Below are positions 51,501 to 59,100 of a stretch of 64,000 nt of DNA, in pieces. Source of the DNA: Verrucomicrobiales bacterium (lineage in GTDB: Bacteria > Verrucomicrobiota > Verrucomicrobiia > Verrucomicrobiales > V1-33). The translations under genes and the position numbers were made by a program. The stretch is taken from NCBI GenBank assembly GCA_947460575.1, contig CANHIJ010000004.1, positions 12,840 through 76,839 on the forward strand, in the 5' to 3' direction. A model generated the notes under the pieces. That model was given only the letters and a program-made list of their open reading frames with translations, did no database searches and had not been told where the DNA came from. How positions within the stretch are numbered: position 1 is the stretch's first letter; every line of letters begins with the position of its first letter.

Positions 51501-54053
51501 TTTGGGGATGACGGCATCGACACCATGTTCGGCAATGAAGACCAAGACATCATGAGTGGCGGCAATGGCTTTGACCTGGTTTTCGGCAACGATGGCAATG
51601 ACGAGATTCATGGCGATAACGGTCCTGACATCCTCTTCGGCAATGATGGCAACGATTGCCTGAGCGGCGACGATGATCCTGACATGATCTCTGGCGGCCA
51701 GGGCAGTGATAACATCCACGGGGGATCCCATCTCGATACGCTATTCGGCAATGACGGGGATGACTGCCTCTTTGGCGAAAATGGCATCGACCTTATCTTT
51801 GGTGGCGATGGCAATGACGACATCTACGGCGGTGATGGCAATGACGCCATCTGGGGGAACTCTGGCGATGACAGCATCCGCTCCGAAGGCTCCAGCGATG
51901 CCGTGAATGGCGGCGATGGCGACGATGATATCAACGCCGGCGACGCCACCGATGTGCTCATCTTCGGTAATGACGGCAATGACCGCATGCATGGGGCGAA
52001 TGGCAATGACTGGATGTTCGGCAATGGCGGGAATGACCGCATGTGGGGCAATGACGGCAACGACAAGCTCTGGGGGAACTCCGGCGACGACGTGCTGGAC
52101 GGCGGCAATGGCAACGACTACCTCGCCGGCGGCAGCGGCAACGATTCCCTCTACGGCGGCCCTGGCACGGATATTCTGATCGGCGGCACGGGCAGCGACT
52201 CCAAGGACAAGGATGGATCCACCCCGGAAGACGGCCAGCGCGAAGCCGCTTGCGGACGCATCTGCGGCAAGAAATGGCATGACCTAAACCACAATGGCCA
52301 ATGGGATGGAGGCGAGCCCGGCCTCCCAGGAGTCCGCATCTACCTCGACCTGAACAACAACAATGCCTACGATCTCGGCGAGCCTTTCGTCTTCACCTCG
52401 GGGGACAATCCAGCGACCTGCGCGGATGAAACCGGATGCTACTGCTTCCACAACCTGCCCCCTGGCAACTACATTGTCCGCGAGGTCATCCCCGCCGGTT
52501 TCATCATCACCTTCCCCGCCAATAACACCCACCAGTTCTATCTGAACCCCGGCGAGGAGCGGGATGACGTGAACTTCGGCAATGCCCGGCCCCAGGAGTG
52601 CTTCTTCACGGTGCGCGGCTGCAAATTCCTCGACAAAAACGGGAACGGTATCCGGGATCCTTTCGAAATGCTCCTGCCTGGCGTGACCATCTACCACGAT
52701 CAGAATAACAATGGGATCCAGGACGCGGGTGAACCCTTCACGGTCACAGGTCCGGATGGTTGCTATGCGCTGAACTTCCCTTACAACGGAACCGTCTATA
52801 TCACCCACATCTGTGAAGTCGCGCCTGCCGGCATGGTGCCCACTTTTCCTCAGGGCGGATGCAAGGAGATCGATATCTTCGGCTGCGGTGAAGCGCCCTT
52901 CCACGTGGACTTCGGCAACCGGCCCCAGCAGGGCCCTGCCATCTCCCCAGGCCAGACTGGTGTGGTTTTCGTAGACCAAAATGGCGACGGCATCCGCCAG
53001 GCCACCGAGCCCGGAATGCCCGGACTGCACATCTGGCGCGATACAAATGGCAATGACCTCCAGGACGCGGACGAGCCCTTCAGCCTGACCAGCACGGACT
53101 CCTCAGACACCGCAGAAGATGAATCCGGCAGTATCACTGACCCAGCACCGACGGCACGCGGCCCACTGCTCCTGGGCAAGCCCGTCACCCACGTCCACGG
53201 CGATCCCCATGTTGATCAAAAAGATGGCAAAGTGCGGACTACGATGTCTCCAGTTATCACGGTGCTCGCCCAGGATGGCGATGCCTCCGGAAATGCCGAC
53301 AACCGCCAGATCGGCCTGATGACGGATTCCGACGGCGACGGTTCCCCGGATATCGTGGAAACCCGCGATGGCACCCAGCCCAAGAATCCTGACAGTGACG
53401 GCGACACCCTCACAGACGGCAATGAAGTCCAAATCGGCACCAACCCACTTCTTGCCGATAGCGATAAGGATCAGATCAACGACGGCACGGAATGCGATCT
53501 CGGCACGGATCCCACCGACGGCGACAGCGATGACGACGGCCTCAGCGACGGCTTCGAAGTCGCCCATGGCACCAGTCCCTTCCATGGGGATAGCGATCTA
53601 GATGGCCTGAGTGACCTCACGGAAAATACTCCTGGCGGCCCGTTAGGCAACTGGCGCGACTTCGACCGCGATGGCTTGTCCGATCAGCGTGAAATTGCCC
53701 TGGGCACCAACCCGAACCGCGCCGACACCGACGGCGATGGCGAGTCGGATGCCTCCGAGGCCCTTGGCGGCACAGATCCCCTGCTCGCGCTCGATAATGC
53801 CCGCAGCGCTGGCACCCAGCCCCGCAACGGCCGCATCGCGGAATTCCAGCCTAACTCCAGCGGCCAACTCCGTCTCGTGGTGCTGAAGAGCCAGGCGAGC
53901 CGTCAGGTAACCCTGCGGCATTCTGCCAACCTGCAGCAATGGACTGAGGAGACACTCCCCGTGCCGACTGGCAGCAGCACCACGCTCCTCGCCCCCATGG
54001 ATGGAGCCCGCGGCTACTATCAAATCGCCCTGCCTGCCGCTGAAGCCCCGTAA
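48558..54053 (+). CDS. 1831-aa secreted Ca-binding repeat protein: RTX-like nonapeptide tract, three SdrD-B-like domains, DxDGDG (TSP3-like) repeats, C-terminal putative sorting domain
   Basis: Signal peptide; dozens of (F/G)GxxGND repeats at ~49990-52200; DLNHNGQWDGGEPGLPG-type domains; DSDGDG...E...GTNP repeats; HSANLQQW...RGYYQI. Confidence 0.88.
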   Translation: MKTKFKSPLLLIFAGWASMISHGLAQTAQVQASLSVDGQLFIVSGTQQDDVLDLRLSGGAAGPDGGADLFSNGTLLFHFTPNQRLAVRECQVSLFNGNDRFLVHDSVALPFNAGVVWKVNAGDGDDVVALNGPDQGSTSQMVEQWINLRPQLSARGLTISEQATTVMDQRLAWAQAQVTDLLVGKSAAVQTRALAQIERLVSDNPDSLVSELGRKMKTISAAIAAHGPDALVARKGINEKGLPIAPGGPDGTNAKGISEKGLPYEGVGPLFNADPVIRQIALQEARMISLFDWLPDAADDGGAAGLDQNDRLTQSLAFAQDVSLAMETLGTNTAADIAAAVDPVVAEMIAISDGYSAPSIAFGTTLENTANTDFLPIEARITGGPLGTDSFESAMAIYQADAEAVDATGASEADAAILGIIASLKDFENLMAPALQTMDAPDTAAGGVGGPAGAGPPPAGGPAGLTLPGCNITTTNTISGGAGFDLLIGTPANDNISGNGGVDFIFGRGGDDIISGDADIDFLFGMKGGDDISGGDDTDFIFGDAIFWSGNDCLQGDDGIDIILGEKGDDGMEGGDKLDLMIGGAGNDIMNGDKGNDIMLGWTGNDSLDGGDETDLMLGDYPLAPPGDDLLVGSGGTNITIAGVGYEIGDIEFGNDGKDTVNGGSGIDFQWGNLGDDTMNGDANIDLMFGGPGQDVMQGELGGTLFVVSGVPVRFGNVMFGGDDNDQETGGGDFDIIFGNKADDRLIGGKNSSFHVLGIDTDLIFGGPGNDYADGHHRTDLIFGQDGDDELHGDLGALIQVTSHDIVFGGDGDDKIFGGNGNDLCFGNSGSDAINGEWDLVLDILFGNDGDDVVDGDTGNDLIFGNDGNDTLLGGNGLLDIIFGDSGNDVISGQGGIDLAFGNTGNDVVNGDGLSDILFGNDGDDTVNGGDFPDLIFGNDGCDILSGNNSADIIFGNAGDDNIHGNDGIDFLFGNTGNDTMFGDDGIDTMFGNEDQDIMSGGNGFDLVFGNDGNDEIHGDNGPDILFGNDGNDCLSGDDDPDMISGGQGSDNIHGGSHLDTLFGNDGDDCLFGENGIDLIFGGDGNDDIYGGDGNDAIWGNSGDDSIRSEGSSDAVNGGDGDDDINAGDATDVLIFGNDGNDRMHGANGNDWMFGNGGNDRMWGNDGNDKLWGNSGDDVLDGGNGNDYLAGGSGNDSLYGGPGTDILIGGTGSDSKDKDGSTPEDGQREAACGRICGKKWHDLNHNGQWDGGEPGLPGVRIYLDLNNNNAYDLGEPFVFTSGDNPATCADETGCYCFHNLPPGNYIVREVIPAGFIITFPANNTHQFYLNPGEERDDVNFGNARPQECFFTVRGCKFLDKNGNGIRDPFEMLLPGVTIYHDQNNNGIQDAGEPFTVTGPDGCYALNFPYNGTVYITHICEVAPAGMVPTFPQGGCKEIDIFGCGEAPFHVDFGNRPQQGPAISPGQTGVVFVDQNGDGIRQATEPGMPGLHIWRDTNGNDLQDADEPFSLTSTDSSDTAEDESGSITDPAPTARGPLLLGKPVTHVHGDPHVDQKDGKVRTTMSPVITVLAQDGDASGNADNRQIGLMTDSDGDGSPDIVETRDGTQPKNPDSDGDTLTDGNEVQIGTNPLLADSDKDQINDGTECDLGTDPTDGDSDDDGLSDGFEVAHGTSPFHGDSDLDGLSDLTENTPGGPLGNWRDFDRDGLSDQREIALGTNPNRADTDGDGESDASEALGGTDPLLALDNARSAGTQPRNGRIAEFQPNSSGQLRLVVLKSQASRQVTLRHSANLQQWTEETLPVPTGSSTTLLAPMDGARGYYQIALPAAEAP

Positions 54054-54069
54054 TCCACGCGCCCCGGCC

Positions 54070-54104
54070 TGCCGGCAAGCCTCTATCCCTGAGGCTTGCC
54101 GGCA
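54070..54104 (+). terminator. Intrinsic terminator-like hairpin
   Basis: Perfect 14-bp stem TGCCGGCAAGCCTC / GAGGCTTGCCGGCA followed by TATTTCATTT, 16 nt after the stop. Confidence 0.7.
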
Positions 54105-54114
54105 TATTTCATTT

Positions 54115-54507
54115 AAGCCTATCATTCCCGTGGATCCCTATGCGCGCCGCCCTTCAGCCCGGAGGAACGTGGCCCCGATGAGGGATGCGCTCTGGCTGCT
54201 GTGAGGGTGTCACCGATCACTTTAAAATGCACCACCTTTTTGGGGCTGCCGCGCGGGCACCCCTGCCGGGGTGAAGGCCCCCTTGGGACGCGGATCCGCT
54301 GGTGTCGCTTCGCTCAACCACCGGCGACCTTCTGGGATGCCTCCAGCATCATCCTGGGCATGTCTCCCAGACCCGATTTTGAGGGGGCTTGAGACCGCGG
54401 AGGGGACTCAACTACCGTGAGCATGGAAAGGGGAGAGAACACGGATCATTCCCCAACCCGATCCCGAGAAAGGGCCCTGGGGTCGCGTTTAACTCTCGCT
54501 TCTAGGA
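54115..54507 (+). mobile_element. MITE-like element, copy D (left end degenerate), carries REP family 2
   Basis: TTTTTGGGGCTGCCGCGCGGGCACCCCTGCCGGGGTG as in copy C; right end AACTCTCGCTTCTAGGA followed by TAA. Confidence 0.6.
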
Positions 54508-54583
54508 TAAGATAGGCCCCACCAGGTTGCCCAGCGATGCGTTTCTAAAAAAGAGGACGGTGTGGCTGACCGATGGGCCGCCC

Positions 54584-54672
54584 CTTCAGGGCGGGGTTCG
54601 GTTTTTGGCCGGAGTCCCAGGGCAACGCCCTGGGTCCGGTGTCCGAAACCATGCTGAGCCCTGTAGGGGCCA
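54584..54672. repeat. REP-like palindrome, family 1
   Basis: CGCCCCTTCAGGGCG...CCCAGGGCAACGCCCTGGG...GAGCCCTGTAGGGGC. Confidence 0.75.
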
Positions 54673-54769
54673 TAACTCCAAAGGTGACAGCCTCGCCCGG
54701 TCGCCAGAAAGGAGAAAAAACGGGAGCAGACCATCCCCAATGGTGGGTGCCTCATGGCACCCTGGAGCG

Positions 54770-54937
54770 TGCCCCCAGTCGGCGGGCGGGTCCATCGACC
54801 GCGGTGCGGTGGTGGCTTTTGAACGCAAAAGGGACTCACCCAAAGGGTGAGCCTGTGGAGGCCAGAAAAAACGAATCAGGCCCGTGCTTAGGGTGTGAAA
54901 GTGCCCCATGGTCGCGTTTCCACTCACAATCTTAGGT
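54770..54937 (+). mobile_element. MITE-like element, copy E (right arm only)
   Basis: GGACTCACCCAAAGGGTGAG hairpin, GGTCGCGTTT, CACTCACAATCTTAGGT followed by TCA. Confidence 0.6.
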
Positions 54938-55790
54938 TCAATGTAGCGGATGGATTCTTTTTGTATGGTTAATTCGCGGAGTAGTTCCTTGGGCTGCTCC
55001 GCTTTCCAGCGCTGCCGCAGCACGGTCCACTCGGGAGAATCCGCCCGGCGCTCCTGATGATCCCACGGGTCAAAGCGCAGCCCGTTGGCCGCTAGCAACC
55101 ATTGCCAGCGGGCCTCCACTAAATGGGGTTGATCCTTGGCGCCGGAAATCATCCCGGCAGCGGTGTCTGCGTTGTCGATCCCGCATTCGTATTTCAGCCG
55201 GTCGCACCAGTCGTGCTGGCAGGCCTCGCGCATCACGCCCCGGCCAAGGGCCGCCAGTAATAGAGTTCTTTTCCAGCGACGAAAGCGCCATGGGAGTAAG
55301 CACGTAGAGACAGGACAGGGTAACGCTGGAGAGCGACCTGAGCGGCCATTCACCTGCGGTGATGAGAGTAAAAATGGGCCAAAACCGAGGATGGGATGGG
55401 AGACGATGGGCTGGCGGGAAGAGGGAATCGCGACTAATTTTTCAAAATTCAGGTAGCTGCGCGCCATTGTTAAAAACAGGGAGCTAGCCCCCCAATCCCC
55501 CAGATTTTAACGCATTACAGCGATCATGAGATGGATTGTAGAGGCCCTGGAACTGGTAGAAGAGGGGCCCTACGGGGCTATTGATTTACACTTAGAAAAA
55601 TATTCCGCCTTCCACGGCGCGAGCCGACAGCCCTTTCAACTGGACATGCCCGGTGAAACGGACTACGGAAAGATAGGACAGTTCCACAGATTTTTTTAAT
55701 ATTCATGCAATATTCCACCCGCGACGCCAGGGCAACCCCGACCTTCACCCCACCACACCCATCCGCGAAGCGTTGGCGCCTGGCGAACTC

Positions 55791-55879
55791 GTTCAACCAA
55801 GCGCTGCAGCGGATGGCGGAGCTTGTCACGGATCATGCTCCGCGCCAAGCACCGCCATCGCTGGGCTTTAACCTTCGGA
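55791..55879 (+). other. attC-like site 1 (R' decayed)
   Basis: GTTCAAC (RYYYAAC); CAGCG(G)ATGGCGG pairs with CCGCCATCGCTG with one bulged base; ends CTTCGGA instead of GTT. Confidence 0.65.
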
Positions 55880-55893
55880 GACATGAGTCAGTC

Positions 55894-56802
55894 ATGAAAT
55901 TACGTATCTATGTCTTGTTATTTTTCTTGGCTGGGCTCGGCTCCATGGTCGCCGTCGATATATCAGAACAACACGAGCCAACCCTCTCGAATATTTCTTA
56001 TGGGCCAGATTCTCGAAACATCCTCGACTTTTGGATGGCCGTCGGCGACGGCCCACGTCCGCTGCTGGTTTACATTCATGGCGGCGGCTGGATCACGGGT
56101 GACAAAACTCAGAAAATGCCCGCATTCCAGCCGTTTCTGGACCGGGGAATCTCCTGTGCGGCCTTCAACTACCGCCTGGCTCCCGATCATCCGCTGCCCG
56201 CCCCAGTTTACGATGCAGCACGAGCCATCCAATTCCTGAGGACAAAAGCGGTCGAGTGGAACATTGATGCAAAGCACATTGCATTGACCGGGCCCAGCGC
56301 GGGGGCTTGTACATCAATGTGGCTTTTGCTACATGACGACCTAGCTGACCCAAAGGCGGCCGATGCTGTGCTGCGTCAATCGACGCGCGTCTGCGCCGCC
56401 GCCGTAATGGTGGGCCAAACATCTATCGATCCGAAGGTTATCGAGGGCTGGCTGGGCCCGCAGGTGCTCACGCATCCCATGATTTGCCTGGCAGTCGGCG
56501 AAAAGACCATCGAGGATGCGCTTAGGAATTATGATAAGCATCACGACATCTACGCCGAATTTTCGCCGATTAATCATGTCGACTCCCACGATCCCCCGTT
56601 GTTCATGACCTGTAGCGCCGAGATGGATCTGCCATCACGAGACGCTAGCCACGGCATTCATCACCCGATCTTCGGCGTGAAACTCAAGCAGAGATCGGAC
56701 AAGATCGGACACGAGTGCCATCTGGTGGTTCCAGGGTTTTCCACGCCGGAAAAGTATTCCGACGCGAACGACTTTCTCATGGCCAAACTGCTGTCGAAGT
56801 AA
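55894..56802 (+). CDS. Secreted alpha/beta hydrolase (HSL/BD-FAE-like esterase)
   Basis: Signal peptide, IHGGGW, NYRL, GPSAG, GIHHP. Confidence 0.88.
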   Translation: MKLRIYVLLFFLAGLGSMVAVDISEQHEPTLSNISYGPDSRNILDFWMAVGDGPRPLLVYIHGGGWITGDKTQKMPAFQPFLDRGISCAAFNYRLAPDHPLPAPVYDAARAIQFLRTKAVEWNIDAKHIALTGPSAGACTSMWLLLHDDLADPKAADAVLRQSTRVCAAAVMVGQTSIDPKVIEGWLGPQVLTHPMICLAVGEKTIEDALRNYDKHHDIYAEFSPINHVDSHDPPLFMTCSAEMDLPSRDASHGIHHPIFGVKLKQRSDKIGHECHLVVPGFSTPEKYSDANDFLMAKLLSK

Positions 56803-56867
56803 TGCGAAAACGATCGCGTCCAACTGCTCATGAGCTTCCGGTATGGGTTTTCGAGCCCATTGGGGGA

Positions 56868-56939
56868 GACGAACCCCCGCCCTGCGCGCAACGCTCGCGC
56901 TCCCTGGTGACGGGGGGCGCCCTTAATCATTCGTTCATA
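56868..56939 (+). other. attC-like site 2 (weak)
   Basis: GACGAAC...GTTCATA ending 3 nt before the next ATG; poor internal pairing. Confidence 0.35.
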
Positions 56940-56941
56940 AA

Positions 56942-57595
56942 ATGAAACGCTTCGCTCTGATCTTTGCACTCTTTCCGATCTCGGCTTTTGCTGATGTTGA
57001 GGCATCCCTAGGCAAGTCTCCTGACGGAAGATTTGAACTCGTTGTGGTCGCTAGCTCTGAAACGGATTATGGCCAGGTGATGGTCCGAGACTCAAAAACG
57101 AGCACATCGGCGATGACAGATTCTGGACAGGGCTACGGCTACTTCCCATCGGGTGATGTCGAAGCGACATGGAAGACTTCAAGCGATGCATTCGCCGTCA
57201 CCATGCGTGGAACCAAGCACACTTGGAACAGCCATGTTTACATTCGTGAGGGAGATGAGTGGGAGAAGCTTGAGTTCCCTCCCTATGTTGCCAACATTCT
57301 CGGTCGACAGGGTGTCTTTGAGAGAGGGCGGAACTTTCATGAAGCCTTTGGAGGCTTTCAGGCCGATAACCGATTCACTTTATTTAGCCATATTGAGCCC
57401 GACTGGCAGCAACAGGAGCAGTTGGCCAAGGAGACCGACTGGAAGCCAGCGACGCAGACCGACTGGAAGATTGAGTTGGTATATCACCACCGAGCACGTC
57501 CGAATTGCTCGGTGGTCAGCATTACCCCCTTCGCCGAAACGAAGCCCAAACTAGGGAGTGGCGAACAAACGACTCCCCACCCAAAGTCCAAATGA
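56942..57595 (+). CDS. Secreted hypothetical protein (cassette-like)
   Basis: Signal peptide MKRFALIFALFPISAFA; C-terminus runs into an attC-like site (GEQ...). Confidence 0.75.
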   Translation: MKRFALIFALFPISAFADVEASLGKSPDGRFELVVVASSETDYGQVMVRDSKTSTSAMTDSGQGYGYFPSGDVEATWKTSSDAFAVTMRGTKHTWNSHVYIREGDEWEKLEFPPYVANILGRQGVFERGRNFHEAFGGFQADNRFTLFSHIEPDWQQQEQLAKETDWKPATQTDWKIELVYHHRARPNCSVVSITPFAETKPKLGSGEQTTPHPKSK

Positions 57596-57686
57596 CCCGC
57601 TTGGCTACCACCTTAAACCCCGTTGCGGAGTGGCGTTCCCCGCAGCCAGTGCCACCTTTCGACATTCAGGGCTTTTAAAGTTCGCC
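57560..57686 (+). other. attC-like site 3
   Basis: GGCGAAC (57560) and its exact complement GTTCGCC (57680). Confidence 0.55.
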
Positions 57687-57711
57687 CAAGGCGACACCGT
57701 ACGCGAAGTCC

Positions 57712-58194
57712 ATGGAATTCGATGTTCACATTACTGAGAGCCTGCTGCAAAGGGTAGCGCTTCGGAAGCTACTCCGCCGCTGGCCGCTAAACTTGGTCGC
57801 TGCCGTTCTGATAGGGATTGGCGTCTCGATGGACCGGGGCAGGCTGGGAACACTCTCCGCCATAGGGCTTACGGCCATCGCTTTCCAATTCCTCCTCTAT
57901 ACCGGCTATTACATCAGAATGAGGCGTTCCATCGCCGACTGGAAGCAACTTCAGGGCGATGCTCCGATTCACTACAGCCTAACTACAGATACACTCCGGG
58001 CCACCTCGAAACTGGGAAGCACCGAACTGCGCTGGAACGTTTTTCGCGAGCTTGTCGAGCACCCTGACTATTTTCTTTTGGCCATGGGGCAATCAGGGCA
58101 TCTCACCTTGCCCCGTCAGGATGTCCCTGCCGATGCGCTGCAGTTCATCAGGGAGCGACTTTCGTCTCGCCGCATTCCCACGATGCCTTCATGA
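57712..58194 (+). CDS. YcxB-like membrane protein (cassette-like)
   Basis: Two TM helices then ELRWNVFRELVE...FLL...LTLP. Confidence 0.7.
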   Translation: MEFDVHITESLLQRVALRKLLRRWPLNLVAAVLIGIGVSMDRGRLGTLSAIGLTAIAFQFLLYTGYYIRMRRSIADWKQLQGDAPIHYSLTTDTLRATSKLGSTELRWNVFRELVEHPDYFLLAMGQSGHLTLPRQDVPADALQFIRERLSSRRIPTMPS

Positions 58195-58216
58195 GTAGCC
58201 ACGGCCGCGCCGCAAG

Positions 58217-58342
58217 GGCGAGCCACGTGCCGCGGCCATCCGCAAGGGCTGCTCGATCGGCCCTGTTTTCGGCAGCCCTCACGCTCCATGCCGACTTCAC
58301 GCGCCCTCCCGCCCCGGGGGTCGGCAGGGTTGGACCTTCGCC
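58217..58342 (+). other. attC-like site 4 (both cores decayed)
   Basis: GGCGAGC ... GGTTGGACCTTCGCC, each one base from GGCGAAC / GTTCGCC; ends just before the next ATG. Confidence 0.5.
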
Positions 58343-58351
58343 CGTAATGAG

Positions 58352-58915
58352 ATGGGCGTTCTCTTAGTGGCCATGCTTGCAGCCTTCAGCTCGGCTGCGC
58401 GTGCTGAGGATGCACTTCGCTCAGGCTCTCCCAAGGGCAGCTATTTTTATGCGTGGGGTAAAGGACCGCAGTGGACGGCCCAGGTTTGTACCGAGCTTGG
58501 ACTTTCTCTGCTGAACCTCAAGATGCCCTACGTTGATGATCAGTATTCAGAACCTACGGAGAAGGTGCTTTCACGGGTTCCGCGCCAGAATGAACCGATC
58601 ATTGCCACCATAGCCTCCGGTGCCGGCCGCAGCGTCATTCAGGTGGTGTATCCTGAGAAAGGCAGTTTCGGTAGGACCATTGGCACGATTCATCTCGCCA
58701 TCGAGACCGCTCGCAATTCGGAATGGTTCTCCCCTTTCTTGGGTGGTCCGCCTGAGCTTTATCGCGGGCAGTTGGTGGGTGGTAGCGATGTCGCCTACGG
58801 CTATGTGGCGACCCTAGAGACCTCCGGCACGGGCGCTTTGCAGACGGCGCCAAGGGGCGCGACGGCGTCGCGTTTGCTCGCCGGGCTTACCACCTTCCCT
58901 CCATCAGGGCTGTGA
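58352..58915 (+). CDS. Secreted hypothetical protein (cassette-like)
   Basis: Signal-peptide-like N-terminus (AARA-E); no recognisable domain. Confidence 0.6.
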   Translation: MGVLLVAMLAAFSSAARAEDALRSGSPKGSYFYAWGKGPQWTAQVCTELGLSLLNLKMPYVDDQYSEPTEKVLSRVPRQNEPIIATIASGAGRSVIQVVYPEKGSFGRTIGTIHLAIETARNSEWFSPFLGGPPELYRGQLVGGSDVAYGYVATLETSGTGALQTAPRGATASRLLAGLTTFPPSGL

Positions 58916-58977
58916 GCAACGCTTGGTCCAGGAAAAGGTCGGCTAACTTTTTTAGAATTGGCGGTGTTTCCTTTCTA

Positions 58978-59100
58978 AGACGTGCCCGCAAAAAGTATTT
59001 TTATATTTGTTATAGACCCTTTTTGATTTTGCAACTCATTGGAAATCAATTCCAAAATACTAGTAAATAAGACGATTTTGGACTTTTTGCGGGGACGTCT
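58978..59100. mobile_element. 123-bp AT-rich MITE
   Basis: 19-bp terminal inverted repeats AGACGTGCCCGCAAAAAGT / ACTTTTTGCGGGGACGTCT (1 mismatch); TCTA on both flanks. Confidence 0.85.

Noticed and set aside
49990-52200. Regular DNA periodicity (GGCAATGA(C/T)GG) that could suggest a CRISPR or satellite array
   Set aside because: It is the coding nonapeptide repeat, varying at synonymous positions, with no repeat-spacer structure and no cas genes
55310-55360. GGACAG...CTGGAGAG segment reminiscent of a glycine riboswitch
   Set aside because: The CCGAAG and CTCTCAGG elements are missing and no glycine-related gene follows
54586-55467. 293-aa minus-strand ORF as a real gene or integron integrase
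   Set aside because: Its last third is read-through across MITE/REP DNA and it has no R-H-R-H-Y recombinase motifs
55705-55893. N-terminal extension of the esterase given in the ORF track
   Set aside because: It is a translation of the attC-like site (NQALQR...); the signal peptide begins at 55894
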